The notes under the pieces were generated by a model. That model saw nothing but the letters and a program-made list of their open reading frames with translations, had not been told where the DNA came from and did no database searches. A stretch of 64,000 nt of DNA from Octopus sinensis (Eukaryota): positions 8,804,001 to 8,868,000 of the forward strand of contig NC_043024.1 of assembly GCF_006345805.1 (NCBI RefSeq), in the 5' to 3' direction. Positions 12,455 to 25,867 of this stretch are shown here, one piece after another; the stretch's first letter is position 1, and every line of letters starts with the position of its first letter. The translations under genes were made by a program, and so were the position numbers.

Positions 12455-14925
12455 GTTGGTATAGTTAATTGCTTCGTTCCCAAATACTATCATTTATATA
12501 TATGTGTGTGTGTGTCTTTTGGGATATAAGTATGAATACATACTTTTATGTATATGTATAGTTAATCCAAACAAGAAAGCACAAAAAAACACAACAATGC
12601 GAGGACGTGGAACAAGTATAGCATTATTGGACACTCAGGAAAGAAGGAAAAAAGGAGGGTTTAACGTTTTGAGCGGAGTTCTTCGTCGGAAACGTAGGAG
12701 AAGGAAAGATCCAGAGAAGGGAAGACAGAGGAAAAAAAATCGCCAATGGTACGCACGCAGTCACATGCATATATATACGTATCAAAACAGACTTGTGCCA
12801 TGTCAGACGATTCTATCCACAACACATATGTAAGAATTAATGCTTCCTTCTCCAAGCCTAGATTCAAAACCGAATCCAAGAATTCTCGGTCGTCCAAACC
12901 ACGCCGATCAACAGGCGCGAAAAAAGGTTCTCTTTGTCCTGTCAAAAATTGATTGATCATCTCGCTTTGACCTGCGACCTCACTATGTCGGGCGAAGTTC
13001 AACTGGACAGGCGCTGACCTATTTAGGTACAAACTCAGCTGCAGTATGTCTGTCTTTCTAGCTGCCACAAATATTATAAAACCGTGGTGAAACAAGAGAG
13101 GCCGGCAGACAAATGGGGCAGACAGACGAGATGGTCCACCATCTATGTTCATTGATACACATATAACCACAACATATACATTTGCTCTACATATACATGT
13201 ATTTCTAGCAACTCGTGGCAGTTGCCTACATTTTGTATGTAGTGGGACTGAACCCTGAACCATGTGGTTGGTAAGCAAGCTACTTACCACACAGCCACTC
13301 CTACACCTATATATACTCTTTTACTTGTTTCAGTCATTTGACTGCGGCCATGCTGGAGCACCGCCTTTAATCGAGCAACTCGACCCCGCGACTTATTCTT
13401 TTGTAAGCCCAGTACTTATTCTATTGGTCTCTTTTGCCGAACCGCTAAGTAACGGGGACATAAACACACCAGCATCGGCTGTGAAGCAATGCTAGTGGGA
13501 CAAACACAGACATACAAACACACACACGCATATATATATATATATATATACATATATACGACGGGCTTCTTTCAGTTTCCGTCTACCAAATCCACTCACA
13601 AGGCTTTGGTCGGCCCAAGGCTAAAGTAGAAGACACTTGCCCAAGGTGCCACGCAGTGAGACTGAACCCGGAACCATGTGGTTGGTAGACAAGCTACTTA
13701 CCACACAACCACTCTTATATTTCATGTTTTTCTCATCCAGAAGGTTTTGGCAGAGACCGAGAGAAATGTTTCGAAGTGCTACAACCGACTACTGTTTCAA
13801 ATGATCAACGCACACACACACACAAACATATTCATTCCTGATATGACTTCCACGAATGTACTCTGTATTTCTAGCAACTCATAGCAGTTGCCTACATTTT
13901 GTATGTAGTGTACCTATAATGAATCAAACACTGTAAATAAATTCTTTTCAATTATGGATCAGCTTACGTATTTGTTTACATACACATTCCATTTGCATCT
14001 ATGTTCATTGATACACATATAACCACTACATATACATTTGCTCTACATATACTGTTTACTCTCTTTACTCTTTTACTTGTTTCAGTCATTTGACTGTGAC
14101 CATGCTGGAGCACCGCCTTTAATCGAGCAAATCGACCCCGAGACTTATTCTTTGTAAGCCCAATACTTATACTATCGGTCTCTTTTGCCGAACCACTAAG
14201 TGATGGGGACATAAACACACCAGCATCGGTTGTCAAGCAATGCTAGGGGGACAAACACAGACACAAAAACACACACACATACACATACATATATATATAT
14301 ACGACGGGCTTCTTTCAGTTTCCATCTACCAAATCCACTCACAAGGCTTTGGTCGGCCCGAGGCTACAGTAGAAGACACTTGCCCAAGGTGTCACGTAGT
14401 GGGACTGAACCCTGAACCATGTGGTCGGTAAGCAAGCTACTTACCACACAGCCACTCCTGCGCCTATATATATTTATATTTCATGTTTTTCTCATTCAGT
14501 TTTATATGAAAAATCCTAAAATTCATGTCTAACTTTGTAATTGTTCCCCACTGTCCTTCACACTGCATTAGCACACCGGAAAAAATGCTCTGCGATAATT
14601 CAAAGAGTTCTTTATGTTCTGAGTTCAGATCCTGCCGAGGCTTGCTTTACATTTTAACATCGGTAAATGTCTTGCAAACATTTTGCACATACAAGTGCTA
14701 CCAGTTAAAATCTCTGCATACCGGAAGCCAGCAAGTGTATGGGGTCATCAGGAGAGAATGCGTGCCGTTTCGGGACCTACTTCTCGACGGCATCAATGCG
14801 CACCAGCCCCACTTCACTGATATGAGGCCTCACTTTACATCTTAATATCAGTAAAATAAAGGGAAGTAAAGGGGTCGATGGTGAAGGCTAAGTTTTTTCA
14901 AAATTGTAATTTTAGTGGCCCTTAA

Positions 14926-15145
14926 CCCTTTAGCGTTCAGATTATTCTATCAAACATAATGCCTATTGATTCCCATTGATTTGAATTAATCATGCATTTT
15001 CTCATATCTTCAAGATCTTGATGGTGTAATTACTTAATGTAGAATAACATTGTGGGGTAGGTGTGAGAGCCTGGATCTGGTCAGTTTGAACATAAAACAG
15101 AATAAAATATTTTGGCCGGATAGGGCCGGTTTAAATACTAAAGGG
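14926..15145. mobile_element. piggyBac-like MITE
   Basis: ttaa|ccctttagcgttc ... tttaaatactaaaggg|ttag; internal sequence related to 17278-18115. Confidence 0.65.
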
Positions 15146-15233
15146 TTAGGCCTAAAATCAGAAACAGTGTTTTGTAGTTGTTGTTGTTGTTGTTATTGCT
15201 GTTACTGTTATTGCTGTTGTTGTTATTTCGTAG

Positions 15234-15344
15234 GTGCACACTGCAGCAGTGTCTGGGATGGTATCCTATGTTGGCCACAAACCTCAGCTGGCACAGTGGC
15301 AGAACTTCAGTGTCCTTCCTATATTAACAATTTCTACACAAACG
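15234..15344 (+). CDS. Class B1 GPCR ectodomain exon
   Basis: cgtag|...|gtaatt; (G)AHCSSVWDGILCWPQTSAGTVAELQCPSYINNFYTN = canonical C..WDG..CWP....G...CP motif; 111 nt, phase 1 to 1. Confidence 0.95.
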
Positions 15345-16058
15345 GTAATTGACACCTCTTACTACTACTACTACTACTTCTACTATTACTACTAATTCTA
15401 CTACTACTACTACTTCTACTACTACTACTTCTACTACTACTACTTCTACTACAACTACTACTACTACTACAACTTCTACTACTATTTCTTCTACTACTAC
15501 TACTTCTACTACAACTACTACTACTTCTACTACTACTACTACGACTACTACTACTTCTACTTCTACTACTACTTTTACTACTACTTCTACTACTAGTACT
15601 TCTACTACTACTACTACGACTACTACTACTACAACTACTACTACTACTACAAAGATATAAATTAAAAAACGCGGATTATACTCAAGGATTTACAGTATTG
15701 CCCCAGACTAATTTATAGGGAAATCTTTACATATGATGAAGTGCCCCAGCATGGCCGCGGCCATATATACATATATACATATATATATATATACGACGGG
15801 CTTCTTTCAGTTTCCGTCTACCAAATCCACTCACAAGGCTTTGGTCGGCCTGAGGCTGTAGTAGAAGACACTTGCCCAAGGTGCCACGCAGTGGGACTGA
15901 ACCCGGAACCATGTGGTTGGTTAGCAAGCTACTTACCACACAGCCACTCCTGCACCTATATATTTTATATTTCATGTTTTTTCTCATTCAGTTTTATATG
16001 TAAGATCCTAAAATTCATGTCTAACTTTGTAATTCTTCTCCACTGTTTGTAATTTTAG

Positions 16059-16171
16059 GTCTGGCAAGCAGAAAATGCATGGAAAATGGTCAATGGTATG
16101 TACTTGAACGCTACAACCGAAGCTGGACAAACTACAGTCAGTGTTTTGAAGAAACTAATCGTTGGGTTAAG
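16059..16171 (+). CDS. Class B1 GPCR ectodomain exon
   Basis: ttttag|...|gtaatc; (G)LASRKCMENGQWYVLERYNRSWTNYSQCFEETNRWVK = R.C..NG.W....W.NY..C motif; 113 nt, phase 1 to 0. Confidence 0.95.
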
Positions 16172-16385
16172 GTAATCGATTTATATTGGAAATCACCCAC
16201 ACATATACACATGCATGTGCAGGTGCAGGAGTGGCTGTGTGGTAAGTAGCTTGTTTATCAACCACATGGTTCTGGGTTCAGTCCCACTGCATGGCACCTT
16301 GGGCAAGTGTCTTCTACTATAGCCTCGGGCCGACCAAAGCCTTGCGAGTGGATTTGGTAGACGGAAACTGAAAAGACACAGACAC

Positions 16386-16425
<40 letters not shown>

Positions 16426-17277
16426 TGTGTGTCTGTGTTTGTCCCCCTAGCATTGCTTGACAACCGATGCTGATGTGTTTATGTCCCCGTTACTTAGTGG
16501 TTCGGCAAAAGAGACCGATAGAATAAGTACTGGGCTTACAAAAGAATAAGTCCCAGGGGTCGATTTGCTCGACTAAAGGCGGTGCTCCAGCATGGCCGCA
16601 GTCAAATGACTGAAACAAGTAAAAGAGTAAAAAGAGTGAGTATTCATACATGTTAGACCATGTGGCAAAAACAGTAAAAATATATTATCATCATCATCAT
16701 CATCGTTTAACGTCCTCTTTCCATTTTGATTTTGATTGAAGACTGGCAAACCAGCTGGCTGCACCAGGCTCCAGTCTTGATCTGGTAGTGTTTCTACAGC
16801 TGGATGCCCTTCCTAACGCCAACCACTCCAAGAGTGAAGTGGATGCTTTTTACGTGCCACCTTTACGGGGGCCAGTCAGGCGGTACTGGCAATGACCTCG
16901 TGGAGCATTAAGTGTTTTCGCTCAATAAACACACACAACGCCCGGTCTGGGAATCGAAACCGCGATCCTGCAACCGCGAGTCCACTGCTCTAAACATTGG
17001 ACCATTGCGCCTCCGGCTGTTGGTGCTGCATTGATCTCTATTTTATTTTTGCCAAGTTCTTAGTAGAATCCTTTGGGATTGGAGCTGAACTGTTTGTTTT
17101 GTTCAAAGAAACGTTGGCATTTCTCATATCGGAGGATTCGTTGTGCTTTTGCAAGGATATCTTGCTTTAGCTGTTCTTTTACCTCAGATATACCTTGTTC
17201 TGTAATTTTGTATTTACGTAGTATTTTTCTTATCTTCACATTGCTTAGTAGTGTTGATTGTCTATTAGTTTCATTAA

Positions 17278-18115
17278 CCCCTTAGTGTTTAAACCGGCCA
17301 TATCTGGCCCAGATATTCTACATGTTAGTTAGTTAGTTAGTTAGTTAATTTGGCTCAAAAGCAAATAGCAAGGCCATGTAGGGGGACATGGAGTTATGTA
17401 CAGGGTGGTGTTCATGTAAAGAGTTCAGGCCACTTGAGGTCCAGGGAGGCTTTGAACAAAGCGGTCGTCGGCATCTTCACCATCTCGTCTGGCAGCTTGT
17501 TCCACGGATCCGCAACCCGGACGGAGAAAGCTCCTCTCCTTCGATTGAGATGAAATCGTCGCAGGTAGAGCTTTTCGGAATGACCCCGCAGCCGACGCTC
17601 CGGAGCAGGAGTGAAGAACAGCTCTTTCGAGAGGTTACACTTCCCGCTTATGATGTTGTGGGCGAGAATGAGATCACCACGGCGGCGGCGTTTTTCAAGA
17701 GAATAAAGGTCGAGCGTCCTCAGCCTTTCTTCATAGGACAAATTTTTGAGACCAAGAACCATGCGGGTAGCCAGCCTCTGGACTCTTTCGAGATGCTGTA
17801 TGTCTTTGAGGAGATAAGGAGAAGAAGCTTGAATCCCATACTCCAATATGGGTCTCACCAGCGTGACATAGAGTGGTAGGAATATGGCTGCTGTGAGCAT
17901 TCCGAATGACCGTCGAATCAAAAACAGAATTCCGCGCGCATGTTTTAAATTCAAACTGGCTAGATCTGGCCTCTCACACCTAGCCAACAATGTCATTCTA
18001 AAAATAAACAATCACATCATTGAAACCTCAAAGCTATAAGATAATGCTTGATTAATTCAAAACAATTTGAGTGAAAAAATATTACATTTAACAGAGTAGT
18101 TTGAACACTAAAGGG
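17278..18115. mobile_element. piggyBac-like MITE split by the CR1 insertion
   Basis: ttaa|cccttagtgtttaaac ... gtttgaacactaaaggg|ttaa; related shorter copy at 14926-15145. Confidence 0.7.
17324..17938 (-). mobile_element. CR1-clade LINE, 5'-truncated 3' end with open ORF2 C-terminus
   Basis: LYVTLVRPILEYG..SPYL.KDI..LERVQR.ATR...LSYEERL..L.LYSLEKRR.RGDLI...FSVRVADPWNKLP; (TAAC)n tail; flanking catgtt duplication. Confidence 0.92.
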
Positions 18116-18293
18116 TTAAGGATTGACAAATCCTTTATCTTATTTTCTATTTTTTCAGGATATTATTTATCCAGGGTTTATTTGGGTGGTGATGCTCCTG
18201 TTTGGATGGGTTTTAGGGAGCATCCAGCTTCTTTTGTGGCTACAGAGGCTGCTGCATATATTATATCATTTAGCCTGGTTATATTGACATTTG

Positions 18294-18707
18294 GGATCTT
18301 TTCCGTTTGAACGGCAGTTTTTTCTAGCAGTGTCATATGAAATTGTCACCCATAATTATGACCCTAGTATCAATCTATTGCATTTCAATCTATTTTAGGG
18401 TTAGGGGTGGGGGGAAGGGTATTTTTTTTTCTTCTCAAATGTAAATAAACCCAATCTGTTTCTTAAACGAGGGACATTTTCATAAGGCACAGAATGTTTT
18501 TTACCTCAACAGACATCATTGATTGGTTCAAATTGTAGAAATTGAAGAAAAAAAAAAACAACAAATATCTTACAAACTATAGAATTTTCTCAATAAAGCC
18601 AAGAGAAAAAGATGTTTTATAAACACATTCCACCAGTATACGAAGTTTAAAATTTTTTAGTTACCGACAAATTATGTTAAAAACTGCCGTTCAAACCGAA
18701 AAGATCC
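18294..18707. mobile_element. MITE with ~28-bp TIRs
   Basis: ggatcttttccgtttgaacggcagtttt ... aaaactgccgttcaaaccgaaaagatcc; partial copies 6133-6382, 18708-18965, 54915-55165, 60990-61180, 61950-62263. Confidence 0.82.
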
Positions 18708-21691
18708 ATAAACCCAATCTGTTTGTTAAATGAGGGACATATTCATATGGCACATATTTTTTACCTCAATAGACGTCATTGATTGGTTGAAATTGCAGAA
18801 ATTGAAGCAAAAAAAACCAACAAATATCTTACAAACCATAGAATTTTCTCAATAAAGCCAAGAGAAAAAGATGTTTTATAAACACATTCTACCAGTATAG
18901 GAAGTTTAAAATTTTTTAGTTACCTAGAAATTATGTTAAAAACTGCCGTTCAAACAAAAAGATCCGTCATTTGTCTCTGTGGCTATTAGTTCTGTGACAG
19001 CCTGGTTCATGCTATTTATTATTGATGTAGTTTTATTATCAATTTTAATTTTTGGGAGGTATAATCGATGGTCCATACTGAGATCTGTGGCTTTGACATC
19101 TGATTTTGGGTGGTGCGTCCTTTACTCTTTTACTTGTTTCAGTCATTTTAACTGCGGCCATGCTGGAGCACTGCCTTTAGTCGAGCAAATCAACCCCGGG
19201 ACTTATTCTTTGTAATCCCAGTACTTATTTTATCGGTCTCTTTTGCCGAACCGCTAAGTGACGGGGACGTAAACACACCAGCATCGGTTGTCAAGCAATG
19301 CTAGGGGGACAAACACAAACACACAAACACATACACACACACACATATATATATATACATATATACGACAGGCTTCTTTCAGTTTCCGTCTACCAAATCC
19401 ACTCACAAGGCTTTGGTCGGCCCGAGGCTATAGCAGAAGACACCTGCCCAAGGTGCCACGCAGTGGGACTGAACCCAGAACCATGTGGTTGGTAAACAAG
19501 CTACTTACCACACAGCCACTCCTACGCCTATATATATATATAATATATATATATATACACATATATACGACGGGCTTCTTTCAGTTTCCGTCTACCAAAT
19601 CCACTCACAAGGCTTTGGCCAGCCCGAGGCTATAGTAGAAGACTGAACCTGGAACCATGTGGTTGGTTAGCAAGCTACTTACCACACAGCCACTCCTGTG
19701 CCTGTTTATTGTCAGCAATTTCTTGGTCTTTGTTGTTGTTATTGTTGATGATGATGATGATGATGCTGTTGTTGTTGTTGTTATTTCATCGATGTTATTA
19801 TGCAACAGCCCTTTACAGCTACAAACGAGGAAAAATGAGAGAAAAAGGACCTATTGAAAAAAAAATGACTACAAAATTTGAAGAAGCTATAAATTTGAGT
19901 GACGCCACAAATTTTCTCACCTTGCCAAGGGAAACATAATAATTCTCCCTAGAATAATTTAACAAGCTTGGTTGCTGGTTTTTAGTCATTATCCGAGGAA
20001 AATTATGGAAGCAGACTTGATTAAGTGACAACTGCTTCATTTGCCAGTTTTCCTTTTTTAAATTTTCTTCGTTATTGTTTTGATAAATCAGGGCAGTTTT
20101 AAAGTAATGGAATAGCGTAACAGTCAAGGTGGTGAATAATAAATAACTTTAAAATTTGAGTTTCATCATTCAAATGTGGTCTCTCAGTGAAAATAGCAGT
20201 TTTAGTATTAGTGTTAACCAACTAAATGAAGTGAAAAATAAATAATTAATTTGAAATACTAATTCAATAATAAAGTGAAACAGCAACAACTCAAAATCTA
20301 ATAATCTGAGTAAATAGAGGAGAAAATTTTGAATATGTCTCTCTGCTAGTAGACCTCAATATCTATTCGGTGAATAATTATTTCTAATGTGATCACCATA
20401 TTAAATATATTAGGCATAGGAGTGGCTGTGTGGTAAGTAGCTTGCTTACCAACCACATGGTTCCGGGTTCAGTCACACTGCGTGACACCTTGGGCAAGTA
20501 TCTTCTACTATAGCCTCGGGCCGACCAAAGCCTTGTGAGTAGATTTGGTAGACAGAAACTGAAAGAAGCCTGTCGTATATATGTATATATATGTATATGT
20601 ATGTGTTTGTGTGTCTGTGTTTGTACCCCTAGCATTGCTTGACAACCGATGCTGGTGTGTTTACGTCCCCGTCACTTAGCAGTTCGGCAAAAAGAGACCG
20701 ATAGAATAAGTACTGGGCTTAGAAAGAATAACTCCCGGGGTCGATTTGCTCGACTAAAGGTGGTGCTCCAGCATGGCCGCAGTCAAATGACTGAAATATG
20801 TAAAAGAGTAAAAAAAGAGAGTTACCTATAGTGGAGGCGCAATGGCCCAGTGGTTAGGGCACCAGACTCACAGTTTCAATTCTCAGACTGGGCGTTGTGT
20901 GTGCTTATTAAACGAAAACAGCTAAAAGCTCCAACGAAAATTTTAGGAAAATAAAAATAATAAGTGGAAATTTTACCGGTGAGTGTGTTAATAATAAGGC
21001 ACAAAAAGAAAATGACTCTCCCCAGACACAACAGAATATGCTTCAACACACAAACTCATATGAAGAATCTTGCAAACCAATTCCCAAAACAAAACATTGA
21101 TAGTCTTGCCAGAAACTGTGCAGACAGATTTTGGTTGGACCGAAGCTTTAGCAGAAGACCCTTGCCCAAGATCCCACACGGTGGCACTCAAGCGAGAATC
21201 AAGGTTGGGGAGCACACATTGTACCACACAGCCACAGCTGTGCACCATGTGTAATATATATATATATATAATTTTTTTTTACTTGTTTCAGTCATTTGAT
21301 TGCGGCCATGCTGGAGCACCACCTTTAATCGAAACCGGGACTTATTCTTTGTAAGCCCAGTACTTATTCTATCGGTCTCTTTTGCCGAACCGCTAAGTGA
21401 CGGGGACGTAAACACACCAATATCGGTTGTCAAGCATTGCTAGGGGGACAAACACAGACACACAAACACATATATATATACATATATACGACAGGCTTCT
21501 TTCAGTTTCCGTCTACCAAATCCACTCACAAGGCATTCGTCGGCCCGGGGCTACAGCAGAAGACACTTGCCCAAGATGCCACGCAGTGGGACTGAACCCG
21601 GAACCATGTGGTTGGTTAGCAAGCTACTTACTACACAGCCACTCCTGCGCCTATATATATATATATATATATATATAACACTCACATTTAT

Positions 21692-21722
<31 letters not shown>

Positions 21723-21950
21723 TTTCCACTAGAAAAGACCATTGAAAAGGTTGCAAGACGCAATGAAAATTTTAGGAAAATAAAAATAAGAAATAAGTGG
21801 AAATTTTACCAGTGAGTGTGTTACATCATAAGGCACAAAAAAAAATGACTCTCCCCAGACACAACAGAATATGCATCAACACACAAGCACACATAAAGAA
21901 TCTTGCAAGCCAAATCCAAAAACGAAATATTTCCTGTTTTTCTCTTGCAG

Positions 21951-22045
21951 GTGCATTTATCACATATTCCAATTATTTATACCATTGGCTATGGAATATC
22001 CCTGGTATCACTATGTGGTGCAGTTCTTGTGATGCTCTATTTTCG
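21951..22045 (+). CDS. Class B1 GPCR TM1 exon
   Basis: cttgcag|...|gtaagt; VHLSHIPIIYTIGYGISLVSLCGAVLVMLYF(R); 95 nt, phase 0 to 2. Confidence 0.95.
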
Positions 22046-22333
22046 GTAAGTTCATCATTCTGCCATTTCTTTGCAGCCATATTTTTTTAATATTTACTTT
22101 TAGGAGATTTCATCAAAAAACATGTATTACAATACCTGTAAGCTTTCTTGGAGTCACTGGCACTACTAGGCGCAGGAGTGGCTGTGTGGTAAGTAGCTTG
22201 CTTACCATCCACATGGTTCCGGGTTCAGTCCCACTGCGTGGCATCTTGAGCAAGTGTCTTCTGCTATAGCCCCAGGCCGACCAATGCCTTGTGAGTGGAT
22301 TTGGTAGACGGAAACTGAAAGAAGCTAGTCATA

Positions 22334-22388
<55 letters not shown>

Positions 22389-22391
22389 TGT

Positions 22392-22430
<39 letters not shown>

Positions 22431-22969
22431 TGTATCTGTGTTTGTCCCCCTAGCATTTCTTGACAAGCGATGCTGGTGTGCTTACGTCGCCATAACTTAG
22501 TGGTTCAGCAAAAGAGACCAATAGAATAAGTACTAGGCTTACAAAGAATAAGTCCTGGCGTCGATTTGCTCAACTAAAGGCGGTGCTCCAGCATGGCCAC
22601 AGTCAAATGACTGAAACAAGTAAATGAGTAAAGAGTATATATATATATATATATATTTAAAAAAGGAGATGTGGAACACGAGTTGTGATATATAAAAAAA
22701 GGAAATGAAGAAAATGCTGACAAAATAATTTAAGTAAGGGAGAGTGTATTTAATTAGATGAAAGTTCTTTTTACTGGTTGCGCATTTGTTATGCTTATCA
22801 AATGATATTTTTTTAAGAGAGATAGAGTTCCTTTCTGATAGATTTTTTTTCTCTTAGAGAAATATCTTTTGATAAGCATAACAAATGCGCAACCGGTAAA
22901 AAGAACTTTCACCTAATTAAATACACTCTCCCTTACTTAAATTATTTTGTCAGCATTTTCTTCATTCCT

Positions 22970-23023
<54 letters not shown>

Positions 23024-23120
23024 CGATTTGCCTATGTGTGTATGTATGTGTGTGTGTGTGTGCATGTGCGTGCATACATGCATCATATGCACACAAACAT
23101 TTGCTTTCTATTAACTGCAG

Positions 23121-23289
23121 GCGTCTTCACTGTTCTCGCAACACGCTGCACATCAATATGTTTATGTCCTTTATTCTGAGGGCAGCTGTTTGTCTAATCA
23201 AGGAGCAACTCCTCGTGGACGGATTCGGTCTACCAGAAGATCTACAGACCCATTCGAATGGCCAGTTCTATTTTAGAGATGACAGTTCG
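23121..23289 (+). CDS. Class B1 GPCR ICL1/TM2/ECL1 exon
   Basis: ctgcag|...|gtgagt; RLHCSRNTLHINMFMSFILRAAVCLIKEQLLVDGFGLPEDLQTHSNGQFYFRDDSS (LHCxRN motif); 169 nt, phase 2 to 0. Confidence 0.96.
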
Positions 23290-23579
23290 GTGAGTATGAC
23301 AACTGGTTGATACCGAAATCGATAGATTTATCAATCAAGCAATCTAGCTACACAAATACACATGCACACACACACACATATTCACACGTGCATATACAAG
23401 CACAGGTGACTGGGAAGATGCACATATACACATGTACACACCCAAGCATCCATACACACATGCACAAACACACATATACACACATGCATATACAAACATA
23501 CAGGCACACACAGGTGACTGGGAAGATGCACATATACACATGTACAGACCCACGCATCTATACACACATGCACTACCTA

Positions 23580-24213
23580 GTGGACAAGAGAGACAGTGAA
23601 TCTCTTGTAATCCCAAGGTGCAACCGCATGTGTAGGCTATGCCACGTTTCTGTGGGAGACATTACGCGTGTGATTAGCAGCTGTCCGAAAATGTCGTCGC
23701 GGTACTACCTCCCTATGTGGCACGATGTTGTTGCTAAAATAATTTACAATGCCATCTGCAAAAAAGACTGTTCTGAAATAAACTTAGAAAATCTCTCTGT
23801 TATGGAATACATTCATAAACACCAACTCAAGGAATACTGGTGGAATATTCCCTTTAAAAATTCTGTCAACTACAAATATAACAGGCTGGATATTGTAGTT
23901 TGGGACATAGGGGCAAAGGTATGTACCATCATAGAGGTTAGTTGCCCTGCAGATATAAATATCTCTTTGAAAATCAAGAAAAAGAGGATATCTATGGACA
24001 ACTGCTTCAAAACCTCCAGCTTCTGTATCCAGTAATAATAATTGGAGCATTAAGTTTTGTTAGTAAATGATTGTTAGTAAATGATTAAAGAAGAATCTGG
24101 ATAAACTGGGATTTTCAGAAAGAGAAATTGACCAGCTGATTCGTACAATACAAGTGCAATCTGTGAGTGGAACTGTAAAAATATGCAAGACTTTCCTCAA
24201 GTTCCAATTGTGA
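23580..24213 (+). mobile_element. R4/Dong-like non-LTR element 3' fragment (zinc knuckle plus restriction-like endonuclease)
   Basis: CRLC...ISSC..M...Y...HDVVAK and RLDIVVWD..KVC.IIEVSCPAD.N; frameshifted; lies in a GPCR intron. Confidence 0.8.
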
Positions 24214-25528
24214 ATTTATCTGTGTTAACTACAACCCAAAAGCCTTGTATCTTTGTTGGAAACTGGCTCCCTCTTCAGTGGAAGATTTATAATAATTAAA
24301 AAATAGAAGATAGATAGCGGTCACTTAGTGGTTCGGCAATAAAGAGACCGATAGCATAAGTACTGGGCTTACAAAAGAATAAGTCCCGGGGTCGAGTTGC
24401 TCGACTAAAGGACGTGCTCCAGCATGACCGCAGTCAAATGACTGAAACAAGTAAAAGAGTAAAGAGAGATAAATAGAGATAGATAGATAGATAGATAGAC
24501 TGATAGATAGATAGATAGATAGATACATAGATAGATAGATAGATAGATAGATAGGCAGATAGATAGATAGAAAGATAGATAGATAGATACATACATACAT
24601 AGAGATATACATCACAGACAGACACACACATAAATTCACATTCAACAGAAAATCAATTTATTAAATCAAAGAATTAGATTAAAAGAAAATAAAAATAAAC
24701 TAACCAATCAAAATCCAGCTTTTTCCCACCCATTTTCACTTGCTCTGATACAAAACACCGCTATTAGCAATTTAGACAAATTTGTTTTGTTACTCTAAAT
24801 TTTTGATGACCATATTCTTCTGTCCAGCTATTTCCACATTATCCTCTGTTTCGTTGTCTCCTGACAACTGAGTTTGACTTCTTTTTTTTTACAGGATTTT
24901 TGATAATATTTAAAATATGAGAGGATCTCTTCATTCTCTTTCCTCTTTCTTTCGTAATGGGTCTTCTCTTTCGTAATGTGTCTCCAGAACAGTCTTCTCT
25001 GAAAATGAAATCTTGTAGCCACATTGCTTCATAAAGATGAAACATGAGGTGCACTTTCATTATTCTATTTTTCTTAATTTTTTGTTTTCATTATTCACAG
25101 AAAAATTAGTTCACCTTCTTTAATCTGCTTGCTGGCTTTCTTCCCCTTCCATCAACAAAATTAAAAATAATCAACTAAATTAAAAATAATGCCTGTTAAA
25201 GTGAGGAGAATGGAAATTGTAGTTAAGACACCCATGCCAGTGACTCGTAAAAAGCACCGTCTGAACGTGGTAGATGCCAGCGCCGCCAGACCAGTGTCCG
25301 TGTCGGTGGCACATAAAAGCACCACCCGATTGTGGCTGTTTGCCAGCCTGCTCTGGCCCCTGTGCCGGTGGAACGTAATAAAACACCCACGGTAGGTCAA
25401 AAGCTAAAGACCCCAATACTGTGACATCTTAACAAATAAAGTTATTCATAGACAACAAACCTTTGGTAAAAAGAGTTTAGGAAGACTTAAAAGACGGTTA
25501 TTGCACAACATGAAAGAATACACACACA

Positions 25529-25835
25529 CCTTTATATATAAAATTGAAGTTGTGTGTGTGAGACTCTGTCTCCTCCGATTTAGATTCCTAACAACTCCCA
25601 CATTTTGCGGTGCATTTTAACCAAAAGCGGGTATCTTGTAGTCGTCATTCATATCGAGCCCTTCTGGGTATTAGCACGCGTCTACGATGAGTCTATGATT
25701 TTAAAAAAAATTTACAATCATTTTTCCACATTTTTAATGATTTTTGCTCGGGTTATATAAGGGAAGTAACTCTCTAAAAATGCTTATATAGTTATTTCCC
25801 TTACAAACCCGAGCAACGCCGGGCGATACAGCTAG
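25529..25835 (+). mobile_element. Internally deleted Helitron (family 1)
   Basis: Same 5' region, hairpin and CTAG end; 32 bp upstream of the GPCR TM3 exon; other partials about 46340-46580, 59632-60080, 60721-60990. Confidence 0.8.
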
Positions 25836-25867
25836 TTTAATATGTATACAATGTGTATATTTGACAG

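Noticed and set aside
14525-14845. 106-aa Cys-rich ORF in a GPCR intron
   Set aside because: Mosaic of duplicated intron sequence and a SINE-D fragment; no splice pair or motif fits the receptor
18150-18290. ttttttcag acceptor-like site followed by open frames
   Set aside because: No matching donor, and the receptor frame is already complete from 16171 to 21951
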